A stretch of DNA of 64,000 nucleotides, taken from contig CP166615.1 in NCBI GenBank assembly GCA_041937175.2, positions 1,184,001 to 1,248,000 of the forward strand. Reading direction: 5' to 3'. Made by a program: the position numbers and the translations under genes. Below, piece after piece: positions 53,596 through 63,932 of the stretch (within the stretch, counting starts at the first letter, position 1; each line of letters begins with the position of its first letter). The notes under the pieces were generated by a model that was not told where the DNA came from, ran no database searches, and saw only the letters and a list, made by a program, of their open reading frames with translations. Origin of the DNA: Limnothrix sp. BL-A-16. Lineage in GTDB: Bacteria; Cyanobacteriota; Cyanobacteriia; CACIAM-69d.

Positions 53596-54801
53596 TTAAC
53601 GGAAAAACTCAGTTGGGGTCTGTCGATCGCGCTGAAACTCCTGCCAACACCAGTTCACAAACCCAAAGTAACGATCGCGAAACACATCGGGACTGAAGGA
53701 CTGGGCATGGCGGTGAATCGCCTCCGCACTCAGGCGCGATCGATAGTCTTCAAAGGCCGTCACCGCCGCCGCGATCGCCTTGCTGGTTTGTTGCTCAAAC
53801 AGCAGCCCCGTGCCCGTTTTGGGATCCTGGCGACAGTCGCGCACCGTTTCGCCGGTTCCCCCTTGGGCAAAGGCAATTACGGGCGTGCCGCAGGCCTGGG
53901 CTTCCACGGGCGCAATCCCAAAATCCTCAAACGCCGCATAAACAAAGGCCCGCGCCTGGGCCATGGCTTGGGCCACCACTGCGTCCGGCTGCTCGCCCAA
54001 CAGTTGCACGTTGGCCCCAGCCTGCTCGCGCAAGGAGTCCAGCATTGGCCCGCCCCCAATTACCATCAGGGGCAATCCCAACTGATTGAACGCCTCCACA
54101 ATCAAGTCCACCCGCTTATAGGGCACAAGCCGGGTAACGCAGAGGTAATAGTCATCCTTGGTGGTTTGCAGGGAAAATCGATCGACCTGTACCGGTGGGT
54201 AAATCACCTCCGCCCGCCGTCGATAGCAGCGCCAAATCCGATTGGCCGTGGTGCGAGAATTGGCCGCGAAAAAATCAACCCGATTCGCCGCCAGCACATC
54301 CCACAACCGCAACCGATGCAGCAGATAGCGAGTAAGCCAGCCGATCGGGCCGCGCCCCGATCGACTCCCCGCCAAATAATCATGGGTCAAGTCCCAGGCA
54401 TAGCGCATGGGGGCATGGCAATAGCAAACATGCAACTGATGGGCCGCCACTAACGCCCCCTTTGCCACCGCATGGGACGAGGACAGGATGATGTCATAGG
54501 CCCGCAAGTCTAATTGCTCGATCGCTAAGGGCCAGAGGGGCAAATAGCGCTGCACCCCACGAATGGCTCCCGGAAAGCGCTGCAAAAAAGTATGGCCGAT
54601 CGCTCGGCCATACAAGTAACTTTCAGAATTGCTAGACTCGAAATCGATCAGCGCGTGCAAAGCCACCGGTTCCGGCAACCAGCGATCGAGCTGGGTCACA
54701 ATTTCCCGCACCACCAACTCAGACCCCCCCGTGGCCAGCGGAGTTAACCATTCATGCACCAGGGCATAGCGGCGATCGCATGGAATCATGGGGTGATGCA
54801 T
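53596..54801 (-). CDS. Glycosyltransferase family 4
   Basis: VHEWL..GGSE, SSSHAVAKG, RLVPYKR, EDFGIAPVEAQACG. Confidence 0.92.
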   Translation of the reverse strand: MHHPMIPCDRRYALVHEWLTPLATGGSELVVREIVTQLDRWLPEPVALHALIDFESSNSESYLYGRAIGHTFLQRFPGAIRGVQRYLPLWPLAIEQLDLRAYDIILSSSHAVAKGALVAAHQLHVCYCHAPMRYAWDLTHDYLAGSRSGRGPIGWLTRYLLHRLRLWDVLAANRVDFFAANSRTTANRIWRCYRRRAEVIYPPVQVDRFSLQTTKDDYYLCVTRLVPYKRVDLIVEAFNQLGLPLMVIGGGPMLDSLREQAGANVQLLGEQPDAVVAQAMAQARAFVYAAFEDFGIAPVEAQACGTPVIAFAQGGTGETVRDCRQDPKTGTGLLFEQQTSKAIAAAVTAFEDYRSRLSAEAIHRHAQSFSPDVFRDRYFGFVNWCWQEFQRDRQTPTEFFR

Positions 54802-55025
54802 CCTGACAGGGGCTTTGTTAATGGGTTGACGGGGCTGAAATCATGCCCGTTGCTACCTAGGGGCGCTGGTCTTGGTTGATGGATCACGCCGATCAAGCGT
54901 CGATCAAGCGCCGATCAAGCGAGCCTTGGCCCCGTGACTCGAAGCCCCGCAACGGGCGATCGTGTCAACACCCACTCAAGGGCGCTGGGGCGGTGCTGAC
55001 CAGCATGAAACGGGATCAGACAGCG

Positions 55026-55949
55026 TTAAACGGCGCAAAATGGCCCCAACATCCGTACCTCCGGCTCTAAAAGCACATCCCAACGGCTGTACACCTCATT
55101 ACGGACACAATCAATCAGATTAAAAATGTCCGTGGCTGTGGCGTTATCGCGGTTCAAGATGAAGTTCGCGTGCATTTGGGCCACTTCCGCGCCCCCAATG
55201 CGATGCCCCTTCAAGCCCGACTGCTCAATCAGCCAGCCGGCCTTGCGGGGTTCCGGATTGCGAAACACACTGCCGCAACTGGGCAGATGGTAGGGCTGGG
55301 TAGCGTGGCGGCGCTCCAGGTGCTCGCGAGTTTGGGCTTGCAGGGCTTGGGAGTCGTGGCCGGGCTGGAGTTGGAAGGTGGCTTCCGTGACCAGTTGGCT
55401 GTCTCCTTGCAGGCTGGAGGTGCGATAGCTGTAGCCCAAATCCACTGCCGATCGGTGTTGGATTTGACCCGTTTGGGGAGCCAAAACGGTGGCCTGCAAC
55501 AACACGTCACGAATTTCGCTGCCATGGGCCCCAGCGTTCATAACGATGCTGCCGCCGATGCTGCCGGGAATGCCCACCGACCATTCCAGACCGCCCCAGC
55601 CCAGATAGGCCGCTTTCCAGGCCAAGGCGGCCATGGATACGCCAGCGCCGGCCGTGATCCTGGCGTTTTCCCGATCGATCTGAATCCGCCGTAGATAGCG
55701 TGTGCCGATGGTTAAACCCGAAATGCCCCGATCGCTGATCAAGAGGTTGGATCCCGCCCCCAAAAGGGTCACGGGAACACTATTGCGATCGGCCCACTCA
55801 AAGCACTCGTATAAATCATCAAGGGTTTTGGGAGCGGCATACCATTCGGCTGGCCCCCCAACCCGAAAAGAGGTAAACCGCGCTAGGGAGACATTGGACT
55901 GAATCAGGCTACCCGTCTTTGTGGCGGGTGAGTGCAGTTGAGTCACCAT
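55026..55949 (-). CDS. murB: UDP-N-acetylenolpyruvoylglucosamine reductase
   Basis: FRVGGPA, GAGSNLL, GIPGSIGG..MNAGAHG, SCGSVFRNP, HANF, LEPEV. Confidence 0.96.
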   Translation of the reverse strand: MVTQLHSPATKTGSLIQSNVSLARFTSFRVGGPAEWYAAPKTLDDLYECFEWADRNSVPVTLLGAGSNLLISDRGISGLTIGTRYLRRIQIDRENARITAGAGVSMAALAWKAAYLGWGGLEWSVGIPGSIGGSIVMNAGAHGSEIRDVLLQATVLAPQTGQIQHRSAVDLGYSYRTSSLQGDSQLVTEATFQLQPGHDSQALQAQTREHLERRHATQPYHLPSCGSVFRNPEPRKAGWLIEQSGLKGHRIGGAEVAQMHANFILNRDNATATDIFNLIDCVRNEVYSRWDVLLEPEVRMLGPFCAV

Positions 55950-56300
55950 AGGTTCAAAATTGCAACAAACAGATTGCGACAAGGGATTGCAACAAACGAA
56001 TTGCGGATTGCGATTAGAAACTGCAACTAGGGAGGATGCAGTGAACTGGTGCAACGAAGCCGAGATGCGGAACCGAACCAGAGAACTAGGAACTGCAACC
56101 AAGACCCGCAACCCAGATCCAAAATCGAAATTCAGAATCGAAATCCAAAATCGAGATTCAGAATCAGGATCCAGGGCCTAGATGAGCCTAGATATAGAGA
56201 ACTGGAATGCGATGGAGCGCATCCAAACTCTAAAGGTCGATTCAAAACGGTTCAGTCAGCGAGGTAGCAACAGCACCCGATCGGGTAATGCACCCGCAGA

Positions 56301-57842
56301 TTAGAGAGCGCTGCTGGTTTTGCAATCATCTGTGGCCCGATCGGCCCGGGCTGCCAAATCCTTCAGCACCGAAGGCACGATTTGATTGAGATTCCCTGCA
56401 CCCAAAAAGAGGGCTAGGTCACCCGGTTGAAGAGCCGCAGACAGAAATTGGTGTGTGTTGTCGAGCGAGCCGCAATAGGACACTTCGGGATGGTAGGCCG
56501 CCACCCGATCGGCCAAGGTTTGGCCGCTGAGTCCTGGAACCTGTTTCTCACCAGCGGCATAAATATCCGCAATGGCCACTAAATCTGCATCCTGAAATGA
56601 TTGGGCAAACTCCTCAAGAAAGGTTTGGGTGCGACTGTAGCGGTGGGGCTGAAAAATTGCCACTACTCGCGATTGCCCTGCTTGGGCGCTCAACCGTTGG
56701 CGAGCCGCGGCCAAGGTGGCGCGAATTTCGCTCGGATGGTGTGCGTAGTCGTCATACAGGGCAATTCCCCCCTCGGTGCCCCGATGCTCGAAGCGACGCT
56801 GGGCCCCCTGAAAGCCCGCCAATCCTTCGGCAATTTGGGCAAAGTCCAACCCCAAGTCCCGACCCACGGCCACGGCAGCCAGGGCATTGCTGAGATTGTG
56901 CTGACCCATCAGTTGCAGTTGGATTTCCCCGAGCACCTCCCCACGTTCTAGCACTGTGGCTATTACACCCTGGGCCGTATATTGGGGGTTCAGAACGGTG
57001 TAATCGGCCACGCGATCGGGATCGAGGCTGTAGGAAATATCGGGTTTGAGGCGATCGCGCAACGTGGGACAGTCCAAACACCCCACCCAGCGTTGGCAGT
57101 TGTGGGTAAACTGCTCAAAAATTTCGACCACCCCATCGATCGATTGGTAGTGATCGGGGTGGTCGAGTTCAATGTTGGTGATAACACCGAGTTCCGCAAA
57201 AAGCTTAATCAGTGAGCCATCGGACTCATCCGCCTCCGCCACCAGGTAAGGGCCCTGGCCTAAGCGGGCGTTGCCCTCCCAAGCGTCCACCTCGCCGCCC
57301 ACAATGATGGTGGGATCAATGCCTGCCTGAAGCAGCATGTAACCGATCAGACTGCTGGTGGTGGTTTTGCCGTGGGTTCCGGCAACGGCGATCCCGCGCG
57401 ATCGGGTCATCAGCGCCGCCAGCAGGTCTGAACGATGCAAAATTGGACAACCCAGCTCCACAGCCGCTTGATATTCCGGGTTTTCTGCCTGAATCGCCGT
57501 TGAACAGACAACCTGCGGCAGGACTTGCGGTGCGGTGGAGTGCGCTTCGGCCTCGGGAACCGTGGCTAGGGCCATTGCCGCCAAGGGAACATCAGAGGCC
57601 AGCGCGGGAGGAGTTGCAAAAGGCACACCGGAACGAAAGACATCGAAGTTCGTTGCGGATTGTTGCCAAAAAATCTGAGCACCTAGTTGTTCCAGGCGTT
57701 GGGTAATATGGCTCGATCGCGCGTCCGATCCAGAAACGGGGATCTTCTGCTTGACCAGAATATACGCGAGAGCCGACATGCCGATGCCACCGATGCCAAT
57801 AAAGTGGAAAGGCCTTCCGCTAAAATCCACAAGATTCGGCAT
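56301..57842 (-). CDS. murC: UDP-N-acetylmuramate--L-alanine ligase
   Basis: HFIGIGGIGMS, GTHGKTTT, EADESDGS, DDYAHHP, FQPHRYSRT. Confidence 0.96.
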   Translation of the reverse strand: MPNLVDFSGRPFHFIGIGGIGMSALAYILVKQKIPVSGSDARSSHITQRLEQLGAQIFWQQSATNFDVFRSGVPFATPPALASDVPLAAMALATVPEAEAHSTAPQVLPQVVCSTAIQAENPEYQAAVELGCPILHRSDLLAALMTRSRGIAVAGTHGKTTTSSLIGYMLLQAGIDPTIIVGGEVDAWEGNARLGQGPYLVAEADESDGSLIKLFAELGVITNIELDHPDHYQSIDGVVEIFEQFTHNCQRWVGCLDCPTLRDRLKPDISYSLDPDRVADYTVLNPQYTAQGVIATVLERGEVLGEIQLQLMGQHNLSNALAAVAVGRDLGLDFAQIAEGLAGFQGAQRRFEHRGTEGGIALYDDYAHHPSEIRATLAAARQRLSAQAGQSRVVAIFQPHRYSRTQTFLEEFAQSFQDADLVAIADIYAAGEKQVPGLSGQTLADRVAAYHPEVSYCGSLDNTHQFLSAALQPGDLALFLGAGNLNQIVPSVLKDLAARADRATDDCKTSSAL

Positions 57843-58405
57843 TGCCGCTCCTCAAAACACCACACCAACAATCACGCCATATCATATCAGCAACGGTCAA
57901 ATTGCCGCAGAGAAGCGTTGATCCTCCTAAAACCAGCCTGGGCTGTGGGTTTCGGCGAACGATCGTGGCCTAAAATCTGGCAAATTTCTTGCGAATTCAA
58001 CCCATTTTGATGGGGAACAGCCCAATTAGTCCGATCGACCCAGAAGGGTGTTTGAGCGGCCCCAGCCAAGCCTCCAGCAGACCTCCAGCAGACCTTAACC
58101 AAGCCCAAACCCAGCTTTTGCGATCGCCCCACCGGGCCTCATTCCCAGCGGCCATCACTCACTTCGAGGCCAAACCGCAACCAGCGATCATGATCCCCGC
58201 AAAAATTCTGCAAAATCCGTTGCGATTAGTTTGGGATTCGGCCGGGATCGATGGTTAAATGTGGGCACATTGCTGGCATGATGGCTTGGCACTTGTCAGG
58301 CGATCACTTGGGGCAGCTTTTCGTGTGCTCGCCCTCTGTTTTGGGGGGATCGATCGACCCGATCAACCCCGCCTCAGTTCCCAGAATCAGATCGTGCAGT
58401 TAGCC

Positions 58406-58430
58406 TGTACCATATGATTTTGGGTACAAT
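58406..58430 (+). promoter_or_regulatory. Candidate -10 box TACAAT overlapped by TGTACC-N11-GGTACA inverted repeat
   Basis: TACAAT at 58425-58430, 12 nt before the omegaRNA-like module; no clear -35. Confidence 0.4.
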
Positions 58431-58442
58431 CAACGCCTTCAA

Positions 58443-58608
58443 GTCGCGGGCGGGCAGTCCGAGACTCGAAACAGACGCAGAGGTCAGCGCCAGCCTGGTT
58501 CGCCAGCAGCAGCCGATGAAGCGTCAACCCGTGGTCTAGTTGAGCAACTTTAGTAGTTGCTGAATTAGGGCTGGCAATCCCGCTCCGAAAATGTGGGAAA
58601 AACGTCAA
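58443..58608 (+). ncRNA. Orphan TnpB omega/reRNA-like module in the gap2 leader
   Basis: First 88 nt align without gaps to the prx copy (74/88 identical by hand count); ends CAATCCCGC...GTGGGAAAAACGTCAA. Confidence 0.7.
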
Positions 58609-58650
58609 CTATTTCCTTAATACACCCTAAGCACGCGAGGGCATAGCATA

Positions 58651-59664
58651 GTGATTAGAGTCGCCATTAACGGTTTTGGCCGAATCGGTCGTAACTTCTT
58701 AAGATGCTGGTTGACCCGCCAAGATAGCCAGCTCGAACTGGTGGGCATTAACGATACGTCCGACCCCAAGACGAATGCCCACCTGCTCAAGTACGACACG
58801 ATGCTCGGCAAGCTAAATGCCGACATTCAGGCTGACGAAAATTCCATTACCGTCAACGGCAAAACGATCAAATGCGTGTCCGATCGGGATCCGCTCAAGT
58901 TGCCCTGGGCCGAGTGGGGCATTGACCTGATCATTGAATCGACAGGCGTATTTGTTAGCGAAGAAGGCGCTTCTAAGCACATCCAAGCCGGTGCCAAGAA
59001 AGTCCTGATCACCGCTCCGGGCAAGGGTGACGGTGTTGGCACGTTCGTGATGGGCGTGAACGACAGCGACTACGACCACGACAAATTCAACATCGTTAGT
59101 AACGCAAGCTGCACCACCAACTGCTTGGCTCCCGTGGTGAAGGTGTTGCATGAGAACTTTGGCATCATCAAAGGCACCATGACCACCACCCACAGCTACA
59201 CGGGCGACCAACGGTTGCTCGATGCGAGCCACCGGGATGTGCGTCGGGCCCGCGCTGCGGCCATGAACATTGTGCCCACCTCCACGGGTGCTGCCAAGGC
59301 GGTGGCCCTGGTGTTGCCGGAAATGAAGGGCAAACTGAACGGGATCGCGATGCGTGTGCCGACCCCGAACGTTTCGGTGGTGGACTTTGTGGCCCAGGTG
59401 GAAAAGAGCACGATCGCCGAGCAGGTGAACGAAGTGCTGAAGGCCGCCGCTGAAAACGGCCTGAAGGGCATTTTGGAATACAGCGATCTGCCCTTGGTTT
59501 CGTCGGACTATAAGGGAACCGATGCTTCCTCGATCGTGGACGCTAGCCTGACCTTGGTGCTGGGCGGCGACATGGTGAAGGTGATCGCTTGGTATGACAA
59601 CGAGTGGGGCTACAGCCAGCGCGTTGTGGACTTGGCGGAACTGGTTGCCCGCAAGTGGAAGTAG
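58651..59664 (+). CDS. gap2: NAD(P)-dependent GAPDH (Calvin cycle, Gap2)
   Basis: [44 protein letters not shown]. Confidence 0.95.
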   Translation: MIRVAINGFGRIGRNFLRCWLTRQDSQLELVGINDTSDPKTNAHLLKYDTMLGKLNADIQADENSITVNGKTIKCVSDRDPLKLPWAEWGIDLIIESTGVFVSEEGASKHIQAGAKKVLITAPGKGDGVGTFVMGVNDSDYDHDKFNIVSNASCTTNCLAPVVKVLHENFGIIKGTMTTTHSYTGDQRLLDASHRDVRRARAAAMNIVPTSTGAAKAVALVLPEMKGKLNGIAMRVPTPNVSVVDFVAQVEKSTIAEQVNEVLKAAAENGLKGILEYSDLPLVSSDYKGTDASSIVDASLTLVLGGDMVKVIAWYDNEWGYSQRVVDLAELVARKWK

Positions 59665-59742
59665 TTTCCAAATGCTTCAGCTAGCTACTCGATCTTGCAA
59701 TGTTCTGTAGCTAGTCTTGGCCAGTAGTTTTTTGAATCATGC

Positions 59743-59777
59743 GGGAGGCAGGATGTTATATTCTGCCTCCCTTTTTT
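59743..59777 (+). terminator. Intrinsic terminator of gap2
   Basis: GGGAGGCAGGA...TTCTGCCTCCC stem followed by T6. Confidence 0.85.
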
Positions 59778-59812
59778 GATTGCTGATGGATCTATTTTGG
59801 AGTCTTGACTTA

Positions 59813-59944
59813 GAAGAGGTCTGAAAAGCATTTTTCGGCGCAGGTCAAGCAATCATCATCATCGGGGCAAGGGGCTTAAGCCCCTTGTCTTCGCTGGCTT
59901 GCAAGATCTGAAAGGTTAGCCAGTTAGGCTTTTCAGAGATCCTC
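59813..59944 (-). mobile_element. MITE family 1 copy (132 bp) with TTA target duplication
   Basis: TTA|GAAGAGGTCTGAAAAG...CTTTTCAGAGATCCTC|TTA; central palindrome at 59868-59887. Confidence 0.78.
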
Positions 59945-59951
59945 TTACCTG

Positions 59952-60626
59952 TCACGACTTAGCCTGAAGAATACCCAGCAAAATGGCGATCAGGTCGTCT
60001 AGATTTCCAGGAATTGTATAGGCATTCAGGTCTTTATAAACCGCTTGACTGGCGCGATCGAGTTGGCCAAAAACCCAAACATTCCCGATTGTCACGGCTC
60101 CGTATAACCAGGGTTGGCCAGGGGCGATCGCCCGATCTAAGGCAATTAATTCAACGGCTAATTGGTTAAAACCGCGCTCTAAATCGCCCTTTTTCGCTTC
60201 AATAATCAGCATTTGATCCGCTGCCTTCAGGCAATAGTCTACGGTTCCACTGAGGTTTTCACCACCATTGAGGCTATATTCCACTTCAATTTCGATCGGG
60301 GCGTAGTCGAGTAATTCCAACAACAGGGGTGCAATATAAAATTCTCGTTTGGCCGTTTCCGAAGTCAACGAAATGAAGGGCAGTTTTTGGGTGTAGGTGG
60401 CACGGAGGCGAGATTGCTCCGTCAGGCTTACGCCATCACTCGGCCGGAGGGTTTGCGTCGCAGCCGCACCGCTGGATTGCGGCCAGCGGGGGAGATTGAG
60501 GGGCTGAAGATGGTAGGAACAGCCAAAATATTCAACTAGCTCGCGGGTAGAAATATTGAGGTCGAAGTAGTCGGAAAAGGTATATCGACGATCGGGGTTT
60601 AAGAGGGGGGCTAGGCGATTGGGCAT
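59952..60626 (-). CDS. PD-(D/E)xK restriction-endonuclease-like protein
   Basis: GTVDY...IIEAKK...QL..EL...YGAVTIG..W.F pattern. Confidence 0.72.
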   Translation of the reverse strand: MPNRLAPLLNPDRRYTFSDYFDLNISTRELVEYFGCSYHLQPLNLPRWPQSSGAAATQTLRPSDGVSLTEQSRLRATYTQKLPFISLTSETAKREFYIAPLLLELLDYAPIEIEVEYSLNGGENLSGTVDYCLKAADQMLIIEAKKGDLERGFNQLAVELIALDRAIAPGQPWLYGAVTIGNVWVFGQLDRASQAVYKDLNAYTIPGNLDDLIAILLGILQAKS

Positions 60627-60692
60627 GGTGTTTTGGCAACCAAGTTAGGAGTGATCCAATAGCCCGATCGTCGCACGACCGACGAAGGACAA

Positions 60693-60998
60693 TTACTGTT
60701 CAACCATTGAGGTCTCATTGGATTGAGGTTGAGGAATATTCAACAAGGGCAACCGATCGCCCCGAAAGATTTCTTCCGCCAATTCTCCCAATTCTGCCGT
60801 TGCCGTTGCCAACATCCGAACACCCACAAAACCCGTCAAAACGGGCAAGACGGCCAGACTCAACATCCATTCCGGTGTTGGCAAATAGCGGCTCAGGGCC
60901 TGGCTGTTCCAAGTGGGGCGATCGGGCGTTGGTTGAGAACCGGGGGAATGGGGATTGGTTGCAGGCATAAGACAATATCTCGGAATCTCGGAGTTCAA
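60693..60998 (-). CDS. Small hypothetical protein
   Basis: Hydrophobic segment followed by ELAEEIFRGDRLPLL. Confidence 0.65.
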   Translation of the reverse strand: MNSEIPRYCLMPATNPHSPGSQPTPDRPTWNSQALSRYLPTPEWMLSLAVLPVLTGFVGVRMLATATAELGELAEEIFRGDRLPLLNIPQPQSNETSMVEQ

Positions 60999-61054
60999 AT
61001 CAACCGTCAGACAAGCCAGAAACGCTGAAAATCGAGCAATTTCAACCGGAAGTG

Positions 61055-62260
61055 CTAGGGAGTGACCCGCTCATACACCAGCCATCGCAGAGAAATTGGG
61101 GGCCGTTGTTGCTCCCCCAGGGGGAAGAGTCGATCGCCCGTGGCCCAGGGATCCAACCACGCTCGGGCCGCCAAGGCTTCCGGGGGCAAGTGTTCCCGCT
61201 CATAGGCCAAGGCCGGCTCGTCGGACACCACCCGCAGGGGCAACGAGGCGATCGCCCGGGCTAGCTCCGCTGGTTGCAACAGGAAACTATCCGTTACGTA
61301 GGATAGCTGCCGCGCCAGCGGCGTGGGGTCATAGTCATCGGTGGTAACAAAGCAATCCATCACGATTTTGCCGCCGGGCCGCAATGCCGGAGCCAGCTTG
61401 GCCAACAGGTGTGTCAGTTGGGCCGGGTCGCTGAAATATTGCACCACGCCGGTCAGAACGATCAGACCGTAGCGATCGAGCTTGGGGGTGAACGCCGGGT
61501 CGCGAATATCCTGCTCAATCAGGTCGATCGCCACACCTGCATCCTTGGCCAGTTGGCGAATGGTGTCGAGCATTTCGGGGGTGAACTCGATCGCATCCAC
61601 CAGGTGACCTTGTTGGGCCAGGGCGATCGCATTGCGCCCCGTCCCGGCTCCCACATCCAGCACCGGAATTGTGGCGGCGGGGGCTTGATCCCTAAGGGTC
61701 GCTGCCAAATCCAACACCTTGGCATCGGGATAGCGATCGCAGTCCTGGGGTGGACGATATTGCAAAAACAGCTTGGCCCGATCGCTGTAGGAAATCGCCA
61801 CCGGCCGAATATCCCAAACCAGACCCCGATGGGGGGGCGGAGCCGGTGAATAGCGCACCAGCAACTGCGAATAGGGAGAAGCCGCAAACCCCTCTTCCAC
61901 GTTTTGGGCCACCGTGGCTCGCACCCGCGCCATTTCCTCCGGCGAAAAGGGATAGCCCAACACGGCGGCCAACATCTCCAGCCGCCGCACATGCAAATCG
62001 ATCATCCCCGGCACACAAAGCAGGGCTAGCTCCCCACGGGAGGCCTCCCAGGCGTGGGCCCCTTGCAGCAGAGCGCGATCGAGCCGATCGGGATCCGTAA
62101 CCACAGTTGGCGCGATCGTCCCTTCAGGAGCGCTGGTTTCTGCCGAGTTCGGGAGCAAGGGTGAGTTAGGAGATGAATCAATCACGCAGCCAGATTCCAA
62201 AAATTGTGCAAACGCAACCCGTCGGTTCCCAAGGTGTCCTGATTTTCCCAACCAGATCAA
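61055..62260 (-). CDS. Class I SAM-dependent methyltransferase
   Basis: VLDVGAGTGRN...VDAIE...LRPGG. The true start is probably downstream of 62260. Confidence 0.85.
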   Translation of the reverse strand: MIWLGKSGHLGNRRVAFAQFLESGCVIDSSPNSPLLPNSAETSAPEGTIAPTVVTDPDRLDRALLQGAHAWEASRGELALLCVPGMIDLHVRRLEMLAAVLGYPFSPEEMARVRATVAQNVEEGFAASPYSQLLVRYSPAPPPHRGLVWDIRPVAISYSDRAKLFLQYRPPQDCDRYPDAKVLDLAATLRDQAPAATIPVLDVGAGTGRNAIALAQQGHLVDAIEFTPEMLDTIRQLAKDAGVAIDLIEQDIRDPAFTPKLDRYGLIVLTGVVQYFSDPAQLTHLLAKLAPALRPGGKIVMDCFVTTDDYDPTPLARQLSYVTDSFLLQPAELARAIASLPLRVVSDEPALAYEREHLPPEALAARAWLDPWATGDRLFPLGEQQRPPISLRWLVYERVTP

Positions 62261-62634
62261 CAGAACTAGGCTGAATTGGGTTGCCGTAGCTGTTGAAGAA
62301 CCTTGGTTGATTGCGATTGTACTGTTGATTAACCCTTGTCAGGAAAGCTGATGGGGCAATCTTTTGGCGCAATCTTGGGAGAGCGATCGGGCCAGGGCCA
62401 CCAAAGCGCAATTGCCTTGCGATCGCGATCGCACCACTCACCCCCACTCGATCGCATCTCCCCTAGGGCAATTTCACAACTGGCTACGGATAGCGATCGC
62501 CGCAAAACCATCTGAAAACCACGATTCTTTAGACGAACCGGTCGCGACAATTGCTAACCCCGATGCTTTTGGGGTGAATTTCGCGGCTCGGTGAAATGAT
62601 TTTTGGTTGCATCACACAGGTTGGAGTTGCCGTC

Positions 62635-62838
62635 ATGACTGAAGTTCGCATGGGTAAACGCATTCAGTACACTTTGACTGAAGTGGAACGAGAAATTTTG
62701 GCCCTGGTGCAAATGCTGGCCCACAACTCCACCGCCATCAGCTCCGCCACCATTTCCGCCTGCTCTCGATATACGCGCCCGGAAGTGGAGCAAGCACTCT
62801 CTAGCTTGATGGCCGCTGGCTTGATTTGTCAGCGTTAG
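62635..62838 (+). CDS. Small winged-helix-like protein
   Basis: GGAG RBS; LTEVEREILA...SSATIS...TRPEVEQALSSLMAAGLI pattern. Confidence 0.5.
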   Translation: MTEVRMGKRIQYTLTEVEREILALVQMLAHNSTAISSATISACSRYTRPEVEQALSSLMAAGLICQR

Positions 62839-62904
62839 AGATTGGGGGTTCGCGGGCCTTGACTGGGCCCTGCTATTTGGCCCTGATTGTTTTGCTACCA
62901 ATTA

Positions 62905-63932
62905 CAGCCTTTGCCTAGAACGATTGGCACGGCATAATTATAAGTTTAGTTGAGTTATCGTCAGGAAAACTCATGGGTCGTTATTCTCTGGACTTGCGCC
63001 GAAAGATTGTAGAAGCCTACGAAAAGGGAGACACTTCAATTCGGAAAGTGGCAAAACAGTTTTCGATTAGTCCAGATACCGTCAGGCGGCTTCTAAACCT
63101 ATATCGTTCAACTGGAAGCTTAGTACCTAAGAAGTGTGGCACGAAGCGAGTGAGCATCTTATCTCAGCATGAAGAAGCCATCTTAGAAATTGTAGAGACC
63201 AATCCTGATTTTACATTGCGAGAGTATTGCGAAGCAGTGCAAGAAAAATTGGGTGTCAGTTCTAACACAAGCATGATGGATCGATTTTTAAAGCAACATG
63301 ACATCAGCCTCAAAAAAACATACAGGAGCGAAAAAGTAATCACGGCGGAAGTACAAGCCGAGCGAGTGAGCTACTGGCAGAGAATTTTGAAAGTGGAAGC
63401 TGAAAAGCTTGTCTTCATTGACGAAAGCGGTTTTTAGGTTGGGATGAATCGCCCCATGGCCAGAGCTAAAAAAGGAATGAAGGCTTATGAAACCCAGAAG
63501 CCCTATTACGGTAAAAAGATGACAGTCATTAGTGCGATCAGGCGATCAGGAGTTGTCACAATAAAAGGATTGAAAGGCTCAATGAAAAAGGAAGATTTTC
63601 TAGAGTTTGTTAAAGTAAATTTGGCACCGCAGTTAAAAGCGGGTAATGTGGTTATCATGGACAACTTAAACTCTCATCATCGTCCAGAAGTGAAAGAAAT
63701 GATAAAAGCAGTAGGAGCAACAGTAGAATATCTGCCAGTGTATTCACCAGATTTTAACCCTATAGAAATGATGTGGTCACAGTTAAAAATCTTTTTGTGG
63801 AAATTTAGAACAGAAACCATAGAAGTGTTGGAACAATTAACTAGATTGGCAGCCCGACTGGTGGATTTACAGTGCCTGAAAAACTGGTTTACTAAATGTT
63901 GTTATTGTACCTAGTGATTACGGTAAGGGCTG
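62905..63932 (+). mobile_element. IS630-family insertion sequence (1028 bp) with TA duplication
   Basis: TA|CAGCCTTTGCC...GGTAAGGGCTG|TA imperfect TIRs; visibly more AT-rich than the flanks. Confidence 0.9.
62973..63914 (+). pseudogene. IS630 transposase interrupted by in-frame TAG at 63435-63437
   Basis: YSLDLRRKI HTH; FIDESGF*VGMNR...MDNLNSH...YSPDFNPIEMMW all in one frame. Confidence 0.85.

Noticed and set aside
59952..62260. Restriction-modification or defence system (nuclease-like gene near a methyltransferase)
   Set aside because: The methyltransferase lacks DNA-MTase catalytic motifs (DPPY/NPPY/PCQ) and looks like a small-molecule enzyme, and an unrelated gene lies between them.
63435..63437. 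Recoded amber codon (pyrrolysine or readthrough) in the transposase
   Set aside because: No pyl genes or supporting signal; a point nonsense mutation is simpler.
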